Assembly (NCBI RefSeq): GCF_006345805.1
Contig: NW_021832574.1
Coordinates: 1 to 60,455 of the forward strand
Direction of reading: 5' to 3'
DNA: 60,455 bases
DNA from: Octopus sinensis
Taxonomy: Eukaryota
Position numbers and translations under genes: made by a program. The notes beneath the pieces were generated by a model. It saw nothing but the letters and a program-made list of their open reading frames with translations, was not told the origin of the DNA and ran no database searches. This document shows, in pieces, positions 38,877-52,819 of the stretch; position 1 is the first letter of the stretch; the number at the start of each line of letters is the position of its first letter.

Positions 38877-39079
38877 CATGCATACATGCATATATACATG
38901 CAAACATACATACATGCATACATATATACATGCATGCATGTATGCATGTATATATACATACAAAATACATACATGCATGTATACATACAAGCATACATGC
39001 ATACATGTATAGGTACATACATACATACATACACACATACGTACACACATACATATATACATTCATACATAATACATAC

Positions 39080-39650
39080 ATACCTGTAATCATTGGGGCC
39101 CTGGGATATGTAACACACTGCCTAAATACCAATCTTGAGAAATTAAGCTTCGCAAAAATCAGGAGAAAGCTAATTCGAAGACTACAGATCCAATCCATCA
39201 CCGGAACTGTAAAAATCTGTAAAATTCTCCAGAAGTTTATCATTTAAATATATATGTTACATGTTACCGGTAGCACTCGAAAGTGACCTGACATACATAC
39301 ATACATACATACATACATACATACATACATACATACATACATACATACATACATACATACACACACACATACATACATACATGCATACATACACACATAC
39401 ATACATACATACATACATACATACATACATACATACATACATACATACATACATACATACATACATACATACATACATACATACATACACACATACATAC
39501 ATACATACATACATACATACATACATACATACATACATACAAACAAAATACCCTGTTGATGTTGAAATTCGAATGAAGGAGCCTTGGATCTAGGTTAGAA
39601 ACCGGTTCTTTCTCTGTTGGCAAGAAATCTTGAAATAAACTGAATAATGA
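39080..39650 (+). mobile_element. 5'-truncated R4/Dong-like retroelement with an expanded internal (ACAT)n
   Basis: IPVIIGALGYVTHCLNTNLEKLSFAKIRRKLIRRLQIQSITGTVKICKILQKFII* (stop 39245-39247), ~250 bp of (ACAT)n, terminal unit at 39545-39650. Confidence 0.72.
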
Positions 39651-40201
39651 TATACATATATGCATGATGGACCCTCAACGAGAACGACGTATAACGATCT
39701 AATTGTTTGTCCATTTACTGATCAATCTAGTAGCTGAAGAAGTGTGTGAAGTGGCCGAGTATTCTACAGGCACAGGTATTCTTAATGCAATTCTCAGGTA
39801 GAAGTATCGTTACACATTGTTCTTATGTTTTGGCATTTAAATTACTAGTAGAATTCATTCGATGGGATTCCACACAATTTTGGCCACGTTGCTCCGCAGT
39901 GGGATCGAAACCAGTTTGTTACGCTTGTTAAGCTCATAACCACACGCTTTTACTCAACCAATCCCATACATACACACACACACACGCACACATACACACG
40001 CGCACACACATACACACACAATGTACTGTTCTGTTATTGTAAGACCGACAAAAAAGGTAAACCATCTGGTGAGAGCTAAATGTTATTTAATATGCAGAAT
40101 ACATGTTTTTATGAGCTACTAATAGTTTCATATGTTGAGAAATACCTCAAACATCATATTAATCAGGCACAAACCACATACCATAACGAACTAAAAATTT
40201 A

Positions 40202-41881
40202 ATGTATGTATGTATGTATGTATGTATGTATGTATGTATGTATGTATGTATGTATGTATGTATGTATTTATGTATGTATGTATGTATTTATGTATGTATG
40301 TATTTATGTATGTATGTATGTATTTATGTATGTATGTATGTATTTTTGTATGTATGTATGTATGTATGTATGTATGTATGTATGTATGTATGCATGCATG
40401 CATGCATTATGTATGTATGAAGGTATGTATGTATGTATGTATGCATGCATGCATGCATGTATGTATGTATGTATGTATGCATGCATGCATGCATGTATGT
40501 ATGTATGTATGTATGTATGCATGCATGTATGTATGTGTATGTATGTATGTATGCATGCATGCATGTATGTATGTATGTATGTATGTATGCATATGTATGT
40601 ATGTATGTATGTTATGTATGTATGCATGCATGCATGCATGTATGTATGTATGTATGTATGCATGCATGTATGTATGTATGTATGTATGTATGTATGCATG
40701 CATGCATGTGTATGTATGTATGTATGTGTATGTATGCATGCATGCATGCATGTATGTATGTATGTATGTATGTTATGTATGTATGTATGTATGTATGTAT
40801 GTATGTATGTTTGTATGTATGTATGTATGTGTATGCATGTATGTGTATGTATGTATGTATGTATGTGTATGTATGCATGCATGCATGCATGTATGTATGT
40901 ATGTATGTGTGTATGCATGTATGTATGTATGTATGTATGCATGCATGCATGCATGTATGTATGTATGTATGCATGCATGCATGCATGTATGTATGTATGT
41001 ATGTATGTATGTATGCATGCATGCATGCATGCATGTATGTATGTATGTATGTATGTATGTATGTATGCATGCATGCATGCATGTATATATGTATGTATGT
41101 ATGTATGCATGCATGCATGTATGTATGTATGTATGTATGTATGTGTATGTATGTATGCATGCATGCATGTATGTATGTATGTATGTATGCATGCATGCAT
41201 GTATGTATGTATGTATGTATGTATGTATGCATGTATGTATGTATGTATGCATGCATGCATGCATGTATGTATGTATGTATGTATGCATGTATGTATGTAT
41301 GTATGTATGTATGCATGCATGCATGTATGTATGTATGTATGTATGTATGTATGCATGTATGTATGTATGTATGTATGCATGTATGTATGTATGTATGTAT
41401 GTATGTATGTATGTATGTATGTATGCATGCATGCATGCATGTATGTATGTATGTATGTATGTATGTATGCATGCATGCATGTATGTATGTATGTATGCAT
41501 GCATGCATGCATGTATGTATGTATGTATGTATGTATGCATGTATGTATGTATGTATGTATGCATGCATGTATGTATGTGTGTATGTATGTATGTATGTAT
41601 GCATGCATGCATGCATGTATGTATGTATGTATGTGTGTATGCATGTATGTATGTATGTATGCATGCATGCATGCATGTATGTATGTATGTATGCATGCAT
41701 GCATGTATGTATGTATGTATGTATGTATGTGTGTATGCATGTATGTATGTATGTATGTATGCATGCATGCATGCATGTATGTATGTATGTATGTATGCAT
41801 GCATGCATGCATGTATGTATGTATGTATGTATGTATGTATGTATGCATGCATGCATGCATGCATGTATGTATGTATGTATG

Positions 41882-41912
<31 letters not shown>

Positions 41913-44900
41913 GTATTTATGTATGTATGTATGTATTTATGTATGTATGTATTTATGTATGTATGTATGTATTTATGTATGTATGTATGTATTTTTGTAT
42001 GTATGTATGTATGTATGTATGTATGTATGTATGTATGCATGCATGCATGCATTATGTATGTATGTAGGTATGTATGTATGTATGTATGCATGCATGCATG
42101 CATGTATGTATGTATGTATGTATGCATGCATGCATGCATGTATGTATGTATGTATGTATGTATGCATGCATGTATGTATGTATGTATGTATGTATGTATG
42201 TATGCATGCATGTATGTATGTATGTATGTATGTATGCATGCATGTATGTATGTATGTATGTATGTATGTATGCATGCATGCATGCATGTATGTATGTATG
42301 TATGTATGTATGCATGCATGTATGTATGTATGTATGTATGTATGTATGTATGCATGCATGCATGTATGTATGTATGTATGTATGTATGCATGCATGCATG
42401 TATGTATGTATGTATGTATGTATGTATGTATGTATGCATGTATGTATGTATGTATGTATGTATGCATGCATGTATGTATGTATGTGTGTATGTATGTATG
42501 TATGTATGTATGTATGCATGCATGCATGCATGTATGTATGTATGTATGTGTGTATGCATGTATGTATGTATGTATGTATGCATGCATGCATGCATGTATG
42601 TATGTATGTATGCATGCATGCATGCATGTATGTATGTATGTATGTATGTATGTATGCATGCATGCATGCATGCATGTATGTATGCATGTATGTATGTATG
42701 TATGTATGTATGCATGCATGCATGTATATATGTATGTATGTATGTATGCATGCATGTATGTATGTATGTATGTATGATGTATGTATGTATGTATGTATGT
42801 ATGCATGCATGCATGTATGTATGTATGTATGTATGTATGCATGCATGCATGTATGTATGTATGTATGTATGTATGTATGCATGTATGTATGTATTGTATG
42901 CATGCATGCATGCATGTATGTATGTATGATGTTGTATGTATGTATGTATGTATGTATGCATGCATGCATGTATGTATGTATGTATGTATGTATGTATGCA
43001 TGTATGTATGTATGTATGTATGCATGTATGTATGTATGTATGTATGTATGTATGTATGTATGATGCATGCATGCATGCATGTATGTATGTAGTATGTATG
43101 TATGCATGCATGCATGCAGTATGTATGTATGTATGCATGCATGCATGCATGTATGTATGTATTGTATGTATGCATGTATGTATGTATGTATGTATGCATG
43201 CATGTATGTATGTGTGTATGTATGTATGTATGTATGTATGTATGCATGCATGCATGCATGTATGTATGTATGTATGTGTGTATGCATGTGTATGTATGTA
43301 TGTATGCATGCATGCATGCATGTATGTATGTATGCATGCATGCATGTATGTATGTATGTATGTATGTAGTATGTATGTGTGTATGCATGCATGTATGTAT
43401 GTTATGTATGCATGCATGCATGCATGTATGTATGTATGTATGTATGCATGCATGCATGCATGTATGTATGTATGTATGTATGTATGTATGTATGTATGCA
43501 TGCAGCATGCATGTATGTATGTATGTATGTATGTATGTATGTATGCATGCATGCATGCATGTATGTATGTATGTATGCATGATGCATGTATGTATGTATG
43601 GTATGTATGTATGTATGTATGTATGCATGCATGCATGCATGCATGTATGTATGTATGTATGTATGTATGCATGCATGCATGCATGTATGTATGTATGTAT
43701 GTATGTATGCATGTATGTATGTATGCATGCATGCATGCATGTATGTATGTATGTATGTATGCATGCATGCATGCATGTATGTATGTATGTATGTGTGTAT
43801 GCATGTATGTATGTATGTATGCATGCATGCATGCATGTATGTATGTATGTATGCATGCATGCATGTATGTATGTATGTATGTATGTATGTATGTATGTGT
43901 GTATGCATGTATGTATGTATGTATGCATGCATGCATGCATGTATGTATGTATGTATGTATGCATGCATGCATGCATGCATGTATGTATGTATGTATGTAT
44001 GTATGTATGTATGCATGCATGCATGCATGTATGTATGTATGTATGTATGTATGTATGTATGCATGCATGCATGCATGTATGTATGTATGTATGCATGCAT
44101 GCATGTATGTATGTATGTATGTATGTATGTATGTATGTATGTATGCATGCATGCATGCATGCATGTATGTATGTATGTATGTATGTATGTATGCATGCAT
44201 GCATGTATGTATGTATGTATGTATGTATGTATGCATGTATGTATGTATGTATGCATGCATGCATGCATGTATGTATGTATGTATGTATGCATGTATGTAT
44301 GTATGTATGTATGTATGCATGCATGCATGTATGTATGTATGTATGTATGTATGTATGCATGTATGTATGTATGTATGTATGCATGTATGTATGTATGTAT
44401 GTATGTATGTATGTATGTATGTATGCATGCACGTATGTATGTATGTATGTATGTATGTATGTATGCATGCATGCATGCATGTATGTATGTATGTATGTAT
44501 GCATGCATGCATGTATGTATGTATGTATGTATGTATGCATGCATGTATGTATGTATGTATGTATGTATGTATGCATGCATGTATGTATGTATGTGTGTAT
44601 GTATGTATGTATGTATGCATGCATGCATGCATGTATGTATGTATGTATGTGTGTATGTATGTATGTATGTATGTATGCATGCATGCATGCATGTATGTAT
44701 GTATGTATGTATGCATGCATGCATGTATGTATGTATGTATGTATATGTATGTATGTATTTTTGTATGTATGTATGTATGTATGTATGCATGCATGTATGT
44801 ATGTATGTATGTATGTATGTATGCATGCATGCATGCATGTATGTATGTATGTATGCATGTATGCATGTATGTATGTATGTATGTATGTATGTATGTATGC

Positions 44901-45316
44901 ATGCATGCATGTATGTATGTATGTATGTATGTATGTATGCATGTATGTATGTATGTATGTATGTATGCATGCATGCATGCATGCATGTATGTATGTATGT
45001 ATGCATGCATGCATGCATGTATGTATGTATGTATGTATGTATGTATGTATGCATGCATGCATGCATGTATGTATGTATGTATGTATGCATGCATGCATGT
45101 ATGTATGTATGTATGTATGCATGCATGCATGTATGTATGTATGTATGTATGTATGCATGCATGCATGTATGTATGCATGCATGTATGTATGTATGTATGT
45201 ATGTATGTATGCATGCATGCATGTATGCATGCATGTATGTATGTATGTATGTATGCATGCATGTATGTATGTATGTATGTATGTATGCATGTATGCATGT
45301 ATGTATGCATGCATGC

Positions 45317-45347
<31 letters not shown>

Positions 45348-45520
45348 CATGCATGCATGCATGTATGTATGTATATATGTATGCATGTATGTATGCATGT
45401 ATGCATGTATGTATGTATGTATGTATGTATGTGTGTATGCATGCATGCATGCATGTATGTTTGTATGTATGTATTGTGTGTATGTATGTATGTATGTATG
45501 TATGCATGTATGTATGTATG
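40202..45520. repeat. 5.3-kb ATGT/ATGC tetranucleotide array with higher-order structure
   Basis: Read directly; two landmark variants recur with an offset of 1649 bp. Confidence 0.95.
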
Positions 45521-45524
45521 TATA

Positions 45525-46540
45525 TCTTAATATAAATTTGAGTGGTGTTTCTCTGTCCGTTGCGTTTTTATGTTCGCTAACTCCTCCTAAACAGTTGTGG
45601 AAGGACAACGAAACTCAAACCAGCAACTTTCCTAATCCCAGGGAATGTCCCTAAGGGGGTCTGTTTTTTTAAGGGCCGTCTAATTGGGGACCCACTGATC
45701 CCTACTATTTTTACTGCATTTTAAACTAAATACATGACATTGGCGACCAAATTGGAGCAATGGCAATGGATTTCATACCATGAACTCCCAAGGAATATCG
45801 CAAGGAGGTTCAATTTCTGAAGGGCCGCTTAAATAGGGTCGCATTGGTTCCTCTAATTTTACTGCATTTACCTCGCTCCTACGCTTATTGATTAAGCTAT
45901 GATAAGCATCAGTGCTTAGCACATTTGCAGAAATAAGTTTGGGTATTCTAAATACCTTCACGTACATTCATATCGAGATAAAGAGTTATAAGAGGTACGT
46001 TTCAGACGTGGTAGCGCGGATATTTATATTTTGAGGTTTATGAAACTTATGTCTCGGTGGAAAACTAATCTTTCTGTCCGGTTGGGCCTTGGTGCTTGGG
46101 CCTTCAGCCTCAGAGTTCTAGAGATTTTTCTACCTTACAAAGTTCCCAAAAGCCCTCCTCTGGAGCTAGCCTGAAGGCCGTCTAAAAGGCGGCTGCAAGG
46201 CTATAAACTTAACTGTAAGTCTTATAGGAAGGTGTAAGTCGAACTAGAAACTAGCTGTATGTCTATCGGCAAAGCTAGCAGAAAGCGGTTCAAGGGTTGA
46301 TACACCGACACACAGTCACAGAGGTGGAATTCACGTTACATGTTGAATGAATAACATATTTCGGGAAGGAAGTATCGGATAATTAATACCAGGAGGTAAA
46401 TATACAATGAATGTGTCCGAGTCAATTACATTACCGAAGAGGGCCCCGAAGCGGCTGGAGAGCAGAATCGAAGGCCTCAAAGGTGCCCTCTGCAAGAAGA
46501 CCCAGACTGAATGCTGCCTGCAGGGTGGCTTCAAGTTTAG
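45525..46540 (+). mobile_element. Non-autonomous Helitron, family B (long copy)
   Basis: A|TC start, GC hairpin and TTAG|T end; homologous to 56107-56630 apart from an extra ~480 bp. Confidence 0.7.
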
Positions 46541-47113
46541 TATATAAACTCAAGGGAAGTGAGGGGGGGGGTCTCCGACGGAAGTAAATTATGAGAGTGG
46601 GGTGGCCAAGTTTGCTTTATCTCCTTTTCTGCATGAAATGGCATGCTCTAGATCAAGAATTCTCAAACATTTCTTTTTTCTCTATGGAGCACTTCGTTTA
46701 CTATTTTATTTTAGTGGACCCTCATAGCCACCCGAAGGTTAAAGATACCTTTTTTGGGAGAAAGAGAAAAGGTAAGGAACAGGACAATTGAAAAGGAAAT
46801 CAAAGAGGGAAAAAAAGAGATAGACAGAGACAGAGAGAGTCAGAATTTCGGAAGAAAGATAGACAAAAATATTGTTTGTTTTGGAGACAAGAGAGGAAGA
46901 AGAAAAATATATTTTTGGGAGTAGGACAATGGAATAAAAGTAAAGAGTGGGAGAAATGATAGATAGATAGAGAGAGGTTTCTTTTCAATTTGATATGGTC
47001 AAATCATCGAAATTTCATCACAAAACATTTCTTCTTTTTTTTTCACTTCCTCCTCTTTCCTTTCTCATTGTATACCTGTCAACATATTTGTAAATAAACA
47101 TTTTCTCATTTAT

Positions 47114-48420
47114 GACCTTTCTGTCTCAGAAGGTACTATACTTACAAGCTTTGACGTCACTAATCTTTATACAAGCATACCCCACACTTTGGGCCCGGAT
47201 ACCGTCAAACACTGGTAGAAAAACATAGAAGACGGATAAACGACCGCTTCCAACCTGACTTCATTACCAAGACCACGCGCTTGGTACTAGAAGAAAACAC
47301 CTTAGATTCGATAATACAATATTTCGACAGATAAAGGGCACAGCTATAGAGAAGAGGTTCGCACTGTCATTTGCTAATCTAGTCATGGGATACTTGGATG
47401 AAAAGCTTTACGAGGAAGTAGAGAGAACTTTTAATCATGATTGCATAAAATATGCCATTAAAAAGTGGAAACGCTTCCACGGTGACTGATTCATCTTTTG
47501 GGAGAAATCAGATGAGGACCTACAAATATTTAATACCATACTCAACACACTTTACCCATCTATCAAATTCACGACAGAAACTGGTTGCAATGAATTACCA
47601 TTCCTTGATATCCACATAAAAATACACAAGTCCACACTCAACAAATATATTTTACAAAAAAAAAAAAAAGAAAAAAGAAAAAAAACGGACACGCACCAAT
47701 ATTTGAATTTCTACTCTTGCCATCCTTCACACATCAAAATTAATAAAAAATGGCATTAAAAGGCGATGAAGCTGAACTTCACACAATTAAGGACACCGTT
47801 TATTAATACGCACAATCTTGGGGTAGCCAACATCTTTCACCTCATAAAATCAAATCTATCAATGCTTCAACAAAGTCCCAAAATGAAAAATCTGATTGAT
47901 GAAAATCTCCTACGAAATAGCAGACGTCAACCAAAAAATCTCAAAAAACACCTCTCAAGGGAAAAATTCACATCGAATGAGTTAGGTTTCTCCGTAAAAG
48001 AAAGTGGAGATAACGGATGTGGAACATGCAACAACAACAACAGCTTCAAATATTTAGAAAGTGGTTGCCACATAAAATTCGAGAGTGGATTTTTGTTCAA
48101 TGTAAATGCAGATATGAACTGCAAGACACAGAATATCATATACTGCATTACTTGCCCCAGCTGCAAGGAAAATTATATTGACAAAACAAACAATTCCCTT
48201 TGCCAACGTGCAGGAATCCACAGATAACACATCCAACAAGGGGAACTACGAAAGATTCCACTGAGCAAGCATCTGTAAATATGCGGTGAAGGAAAATTCA
48301 AAATCTTCACTTTCTACAAATGTTTTAGAGATGACTCAAAGTTCCCCTAAGGCAATGGAGCTGCACTTCATCAAAGAACTTCTCTCCAAAATTGAATGTT
48401 TGAAAGAGAAGCAGAGGAAC
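47114..48420 (+). mobile_element. Penelope-like element remnant (RT plus GIY-YIG)
   Basis: LTSFDVTNLYTSIP, FANLVMGYLDEKL, WKRFHGD*FIFW, SIKFTTE..LPFLDI, YLNFYSCHPSHIK, CKTQNIIYCITCPSCKENYIDKT. Confidence 0.88.
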
Positions 48421-48822
48421 TACATCTTGTCAAAAAGATTGGTAAGAGAAACAGAGACAATATGCATGAACACCCCTTCAAATGAAGCAAACTATGAACA
48501 CTACATGGTTAGCTCAGACAGACACTGTGCCCAGCAAATACGACTGGAGAGAAATAATGCAAATGAATGCTTCAATGAATAATATATTACTGTCTAACAA
48601 TATTCACATGCCATGTAAGGTGGCATCAATGTATGCCAGATGGTTTTGGTGTCTGTTAAGAGAGCTTCTTCGTGGTCATTTTATTTTTTATTAATAGTAA
48701 TGATGATGGGTGAAGAGAAAACATTTATATTACACTGTTACTGTTGTTTCTGAATGTGGTTCCAATGTTAAAAATGTGATGCTCATCTCTAGTTATACCA
48801 ACAAAATAAACGGTCAGATATG

Positions 48823-49062
48823 CAGGGTGGTCCAAAAGTAGCTTTATAGTTATTCAACTATCTCTTTTGCATTCATATATATAACAGTTTAGATCTTAAT
48901 TATAATAAAAAATATGAAACCATTATTCTATGCTAATTTAGTTAATTTTATCAAGCTCTCTCTTTTTAGTTTTTAAGATAGAAATTTAAATGTAATAAAA
49001 TGTTTTAAAAGAAATTTAAAGTGCCTACGTGGTAACTGTAAACCTACATTTGGGCCACCGTG
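48823..49062. mobile_element. Tc1/mariner-type MITE, ~240 bp
   Basis: ~30-bp imperfect TIRs CA(G/C)GGTGG(T/C)CCAAA(A/T)GTAG(C/G)TTTA(T/C)AGTTA; TA TSD decayed. Confidence 0.65.
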
Positions 49063-49994
49063 GATGTATAACATCAGGAGTTTGGCAACTATTGTTGTTA
49101 TAGACTCACAATAATAACATATATATATATATATAATTATATATATATATATATATATAAAACTAGAGCCAGTTTACCTCTGATTACGAAGGATATCCAA
49201 TGTAGCTACTTGGTAAAGTAATTCGTGTAAAAATATCTCTTGAGTTATTTTATCCAAGTAAGCAAGAAAAATAAACTCTACAAAATGATGAAAGATACTC
49301 AAAAATATGTTTGAGCAGGTCCTACTCTGTTATGTAATTTATATCTTACAGAGTTGCTTCCAGCTAAATATACAATATGCATGTTATTACACAACTCATT
49401 TATGATGTTTCATTAAAGGAACATAGAGTACCGTACGCAAATTAATTTTATATTCTGACTTCATTCTCCTAAATTATGAATGTTGTACTAATATTTAGTG
49501 TTTGCTTGTGCAAACATGGAATTACACAAAACATGGCATTTGGCTCTGCAGATATGAAGGAATGGACATTTTCATTGGATTTTGAACGCTTTTTATTTTC
49601 AAAATTCACAGTAATAACTGCACCCACTTAAGAATAATAAAAAAAACATTTTTCTTTTGTTCCTCTCTTTCCTTATCTTTCTCACCCTACATAATACAAT
49701 TGACACCTTGAAAATGCTTATTTACAAATATGTTGATAGGTATACAATGAGAAAGGAAAGAGGAAGAAGTTTAAAAAAGAGAAAGATACTTTCTAAAGAA
49801 ATTTCAATGGCCTGACCACATCAGATTGAAAAGAAACCTCTTTCTCTATCTATCATTTCTCACACCTTTTGCTTTTTTTCCTTTTCCTCCATTGTCCTGC
49901 TCTTCCAAGTATTTTTTTCTTTTTCATCTAAAATTCTGACTGCCTCCTTTTTCTCAATATACAATATCTGTACACCTCTTCAAACACTATATGC

Positions 49995-50088
<94 letters not shown>

Positions 50089-50299
50089 AAAAAGGAGATG
50101 TGGAACACGAGTTGTGATTATAAAAAAAAGGAAATGAAGAAAATGCTGACAAAATAATTTAAATAAGGGAGAGTGTATTTAATTAGATGAAAGTTCACCT
50201 AATTAAATACACTCTCCCTTACTTAAATTATTTTGTCAGCATTTTCTTCATTTCCTTTATATATATAATATATATATATATATTTTTTTTTTTGTGCGT

Positions 50300-50440
50300 G
50301 TGCGTGCGTATAGTTGAGTGTGTCTTTGTATCTGTGTCTATCCACTCCTACCACACTTGACAACCGGTGTTGGTGTGTTTGCGTCCATGTAACTTAGCGG
50401 TTCGGTAAAAGATACCGATAGAATAAGTGGCTAGACATCA
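50300..50440 (+). mobile_element. SINE family A body fragment
   Basis: CTTGACAACCGGTGTTGGTGTGTTT..AACTTAGCGGTTCGG..ACCGATAGAATAAGT. Confidence 0.75.
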
Positions 50441-50469
50441 GAAATTGATGTCTAGCTTTGTTGTGATTT

Positions 50470-51425
50470 TTTGGGGGAGTGTATGTGTGTGTGAGGTTAC
50501 TACTTACATAAGTTGCAAAAGTTTGAGCGATGAACTTTGGGCCATGGTTGAATTCATTAGCAAATTTTCGAACTTCTGTCTGCGACGCAACTTTTCTGTC
50601 TTTACTGACGTATCCCAAAAAAGTTCTCTTGAGGCAATTCCTTCTCACCAACAAATTGCAAAACGCGAGACAATTAAGATTTCATTTGAAGGCCCGTAAT
50701 CTCATCAAACATAACAGCAACAAATACTGCTTTTTCGATCATTAATTTCACCTTCACTATATAAGTAAATGATCTCGTTTCGAATATCACTTGAAATGTG
50801 CAGATGGCATTTTTTTTCACCAAATCTAAATGCAATCGGAAACAATCACTGTATTCCGCCATTGCTTCACATATAGCTAGAAAATTACTCTCATTATTTG
50901 ATTTTTCTGTTTTATCGTGGACACCAAATGGTAATTCTTGACAGGCCAAAATTTCAATACAATGAATTAACCTTTTCAATATATCATGAATTTTCTCTAC
51001 TGATTTATTATGGAATTGAATCGAAGCTGCTTTCCAGTGATCGATCACTGTATGAATTCGTTGTCAGCTAAAAGTTTTCAGAGCAATAACAGGATTTAGA
51101 TGGTTTAGAGAATTTTTTTTTTCGCAGCTGTAATCAAATTGTGCAAATCGCAATAGCCAGTGGTTGTCCATGTGATTTTATACTGACAAAGTAACAGACA
51201 TGGGAAACAGAAAAATTTGTTCAGAATAGGACATTCAGTCATTCGCTCATACTGTTCATAATACTTTGAATCAAAATAACGATGCCCACTTTGGCTTTCA
51301 TGTTCACTTCACCCTGGCTTCTCTTTTCAGAGAATGATAATATTATTCTTATCTGCGAAGCTTCTTGCTGCGAAGGTCTGGATAGTAGAGAGGAAACTGA
51401 CCCAATTGACACTTTTGCCATCTGG
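50470..51425 (-). pseudogene. hAT (ZMYM1/DUF4371-like) transposase fragment
   Basis: LIHCIEILACQELPFGVHDKTEKSNNESNFLAI, KAVFVAVMFDEIT, RTFLGYVSKDR..KFIAQTF; no TIRs identified. Confidence 0.75.
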
Positions 51426-51908
51426 GTGTGAATGAAAGCGTAAAAAATGTTACTGGGTTATAGTTATTTAAAATGAATCCAAGTCTTATTCTAACAAAAA
51501 AATCAGGCGATGGTTTACATTATGTGACATTTTAAAGAATAATTTTAAATAGTTAAAATTAAATTTTAAGATATTGGCATGGATAAATGGATGGAAACTA
51601 ATTTTTAATTACAAAAAATAATCTTTACCTATTGCTTCTTCTCGATCCAAGTTTAGATTAGTCAAGAAAACTTTGGGGTCACATAAGTGAATTCGGGTCT
51701 GAAGAAGGGATCAAGAATACTCTCCACAAGATGAATCTTTATAAAAAGCAGATGTAGCTGTGTGGTGAGAAGTTTGCTTCTCAACTACACGATTTCGGGT
51801 TCAGTCCCACTGTATGGCACCATAGGCATTTCTACTAGAGCCTCGGGCTGTAGTAGAAGTGCCCATGTGCAAAACTAGCATGGCAGGCAGCGCATGCGTT
51901 GCATATAT

Positions 51909-51930
51909 TGACCCTTCGCCTCTGATATAC

Positions 51931-51982
<52 letters not shown>

Positions 51983-52354
51983 ATATTTATAGCATATAGA
52001 CCTCGAGCATGGTCCTTGTCGCCTCATGCCTATAGCTAGCCTTGGCTTTCTGCTGAAGATGGCAACGCCAATCGTAATTAAAATTATTTTATTTTATTTA
52101 CGAAAGATTGCCGAAACTATGCATAGTCCAGAAAAGATAGGGTAAACGTTTTTATTTCTCTTTCCATTTCAGAATTACAACTATTTGTGGTTTGGAGTTT
52201 AACTCCTCTTTCTAGTGAGTCACATGTCCTATTATGGCCATCTCTTATGTGTTTAAATATATATATATATATACATTTTATATATATATACCATATATAC
52301 ATATATATACATATATATAAATATATATATACGTATACCAGAGGCGAAGGGTCA
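51909..52354. repeat. 27-bp inverted repeat pair (1 mismatch) with inward-facing (TA)n tracts
   Basis: TGACCCTTCGCCTCTGATATACGTATA (51909-51935) versus TATACGTATACCAGAGGCGAAGGGTCA (52328-52354). Confidence 0.85.
52173..52214 (+). other. Candidate 42-nt internal exon, possibly of the amine oxidase gene
   Basis: Polypyrimidine acceptor TTTTTATTTCTCTTTCCATTTCAG and donor GTGAGT; no transcript evidence. Confidence 0.3.
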
Positions 52355-52819
52355 TGATATTGCTTCTAATAAATCGTGATTTTTATGACTATACCAACTA
52401 TGATTTCTGTCTGCTCCTTCAGCAGATACTGCCCCTTTGTTCCCCCAGCCTTAGATATACAACGATTTGATAAAGTAGTCTATAAATTAAAACTGACCCC
52501 ATAAAAACAAAAAAATAAATGACAGGCAGAGTCTGTAACAGTGTATATCTTCTTGATATCTTAGTAGCTTCTATGCTGGAGTGAAGGCAGCATGTTCTTT
52601 GTCTATGTCTTTAACTTCTTGGAGATTTTAGGTATAATTATACTAATGTGTCCATCTGTTCTAATTTGATTAATTTCTATGTCTTTGTGCAGCTGAGGAT
52701 TCCTCTGCATTTTAAATTGACGTAATGATTGGATTGTTCAATTAAATGGATTTGCATGAAACGATCGTACTGCATCACATCTGGATATCCTTGTTGCTTA
52801 TTTTGATATATATATATAG

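Noticed and set aside
40206-45654. Very long ORFs (up to 1716 aa) of MYVC/HTYI/MHAC repeats
   Set aside because: ATGT/ATGC repeats rarely produce stops; they are open in multiple frames on both strands, with no splice or domain signal.
46331-46534. Minus ORF with DSDTFIVY..YPILPSR, faintly polymerase B-like
   Set aside because: Short, motif order does not fit, and it lies inside a non-autonomous Helitron.
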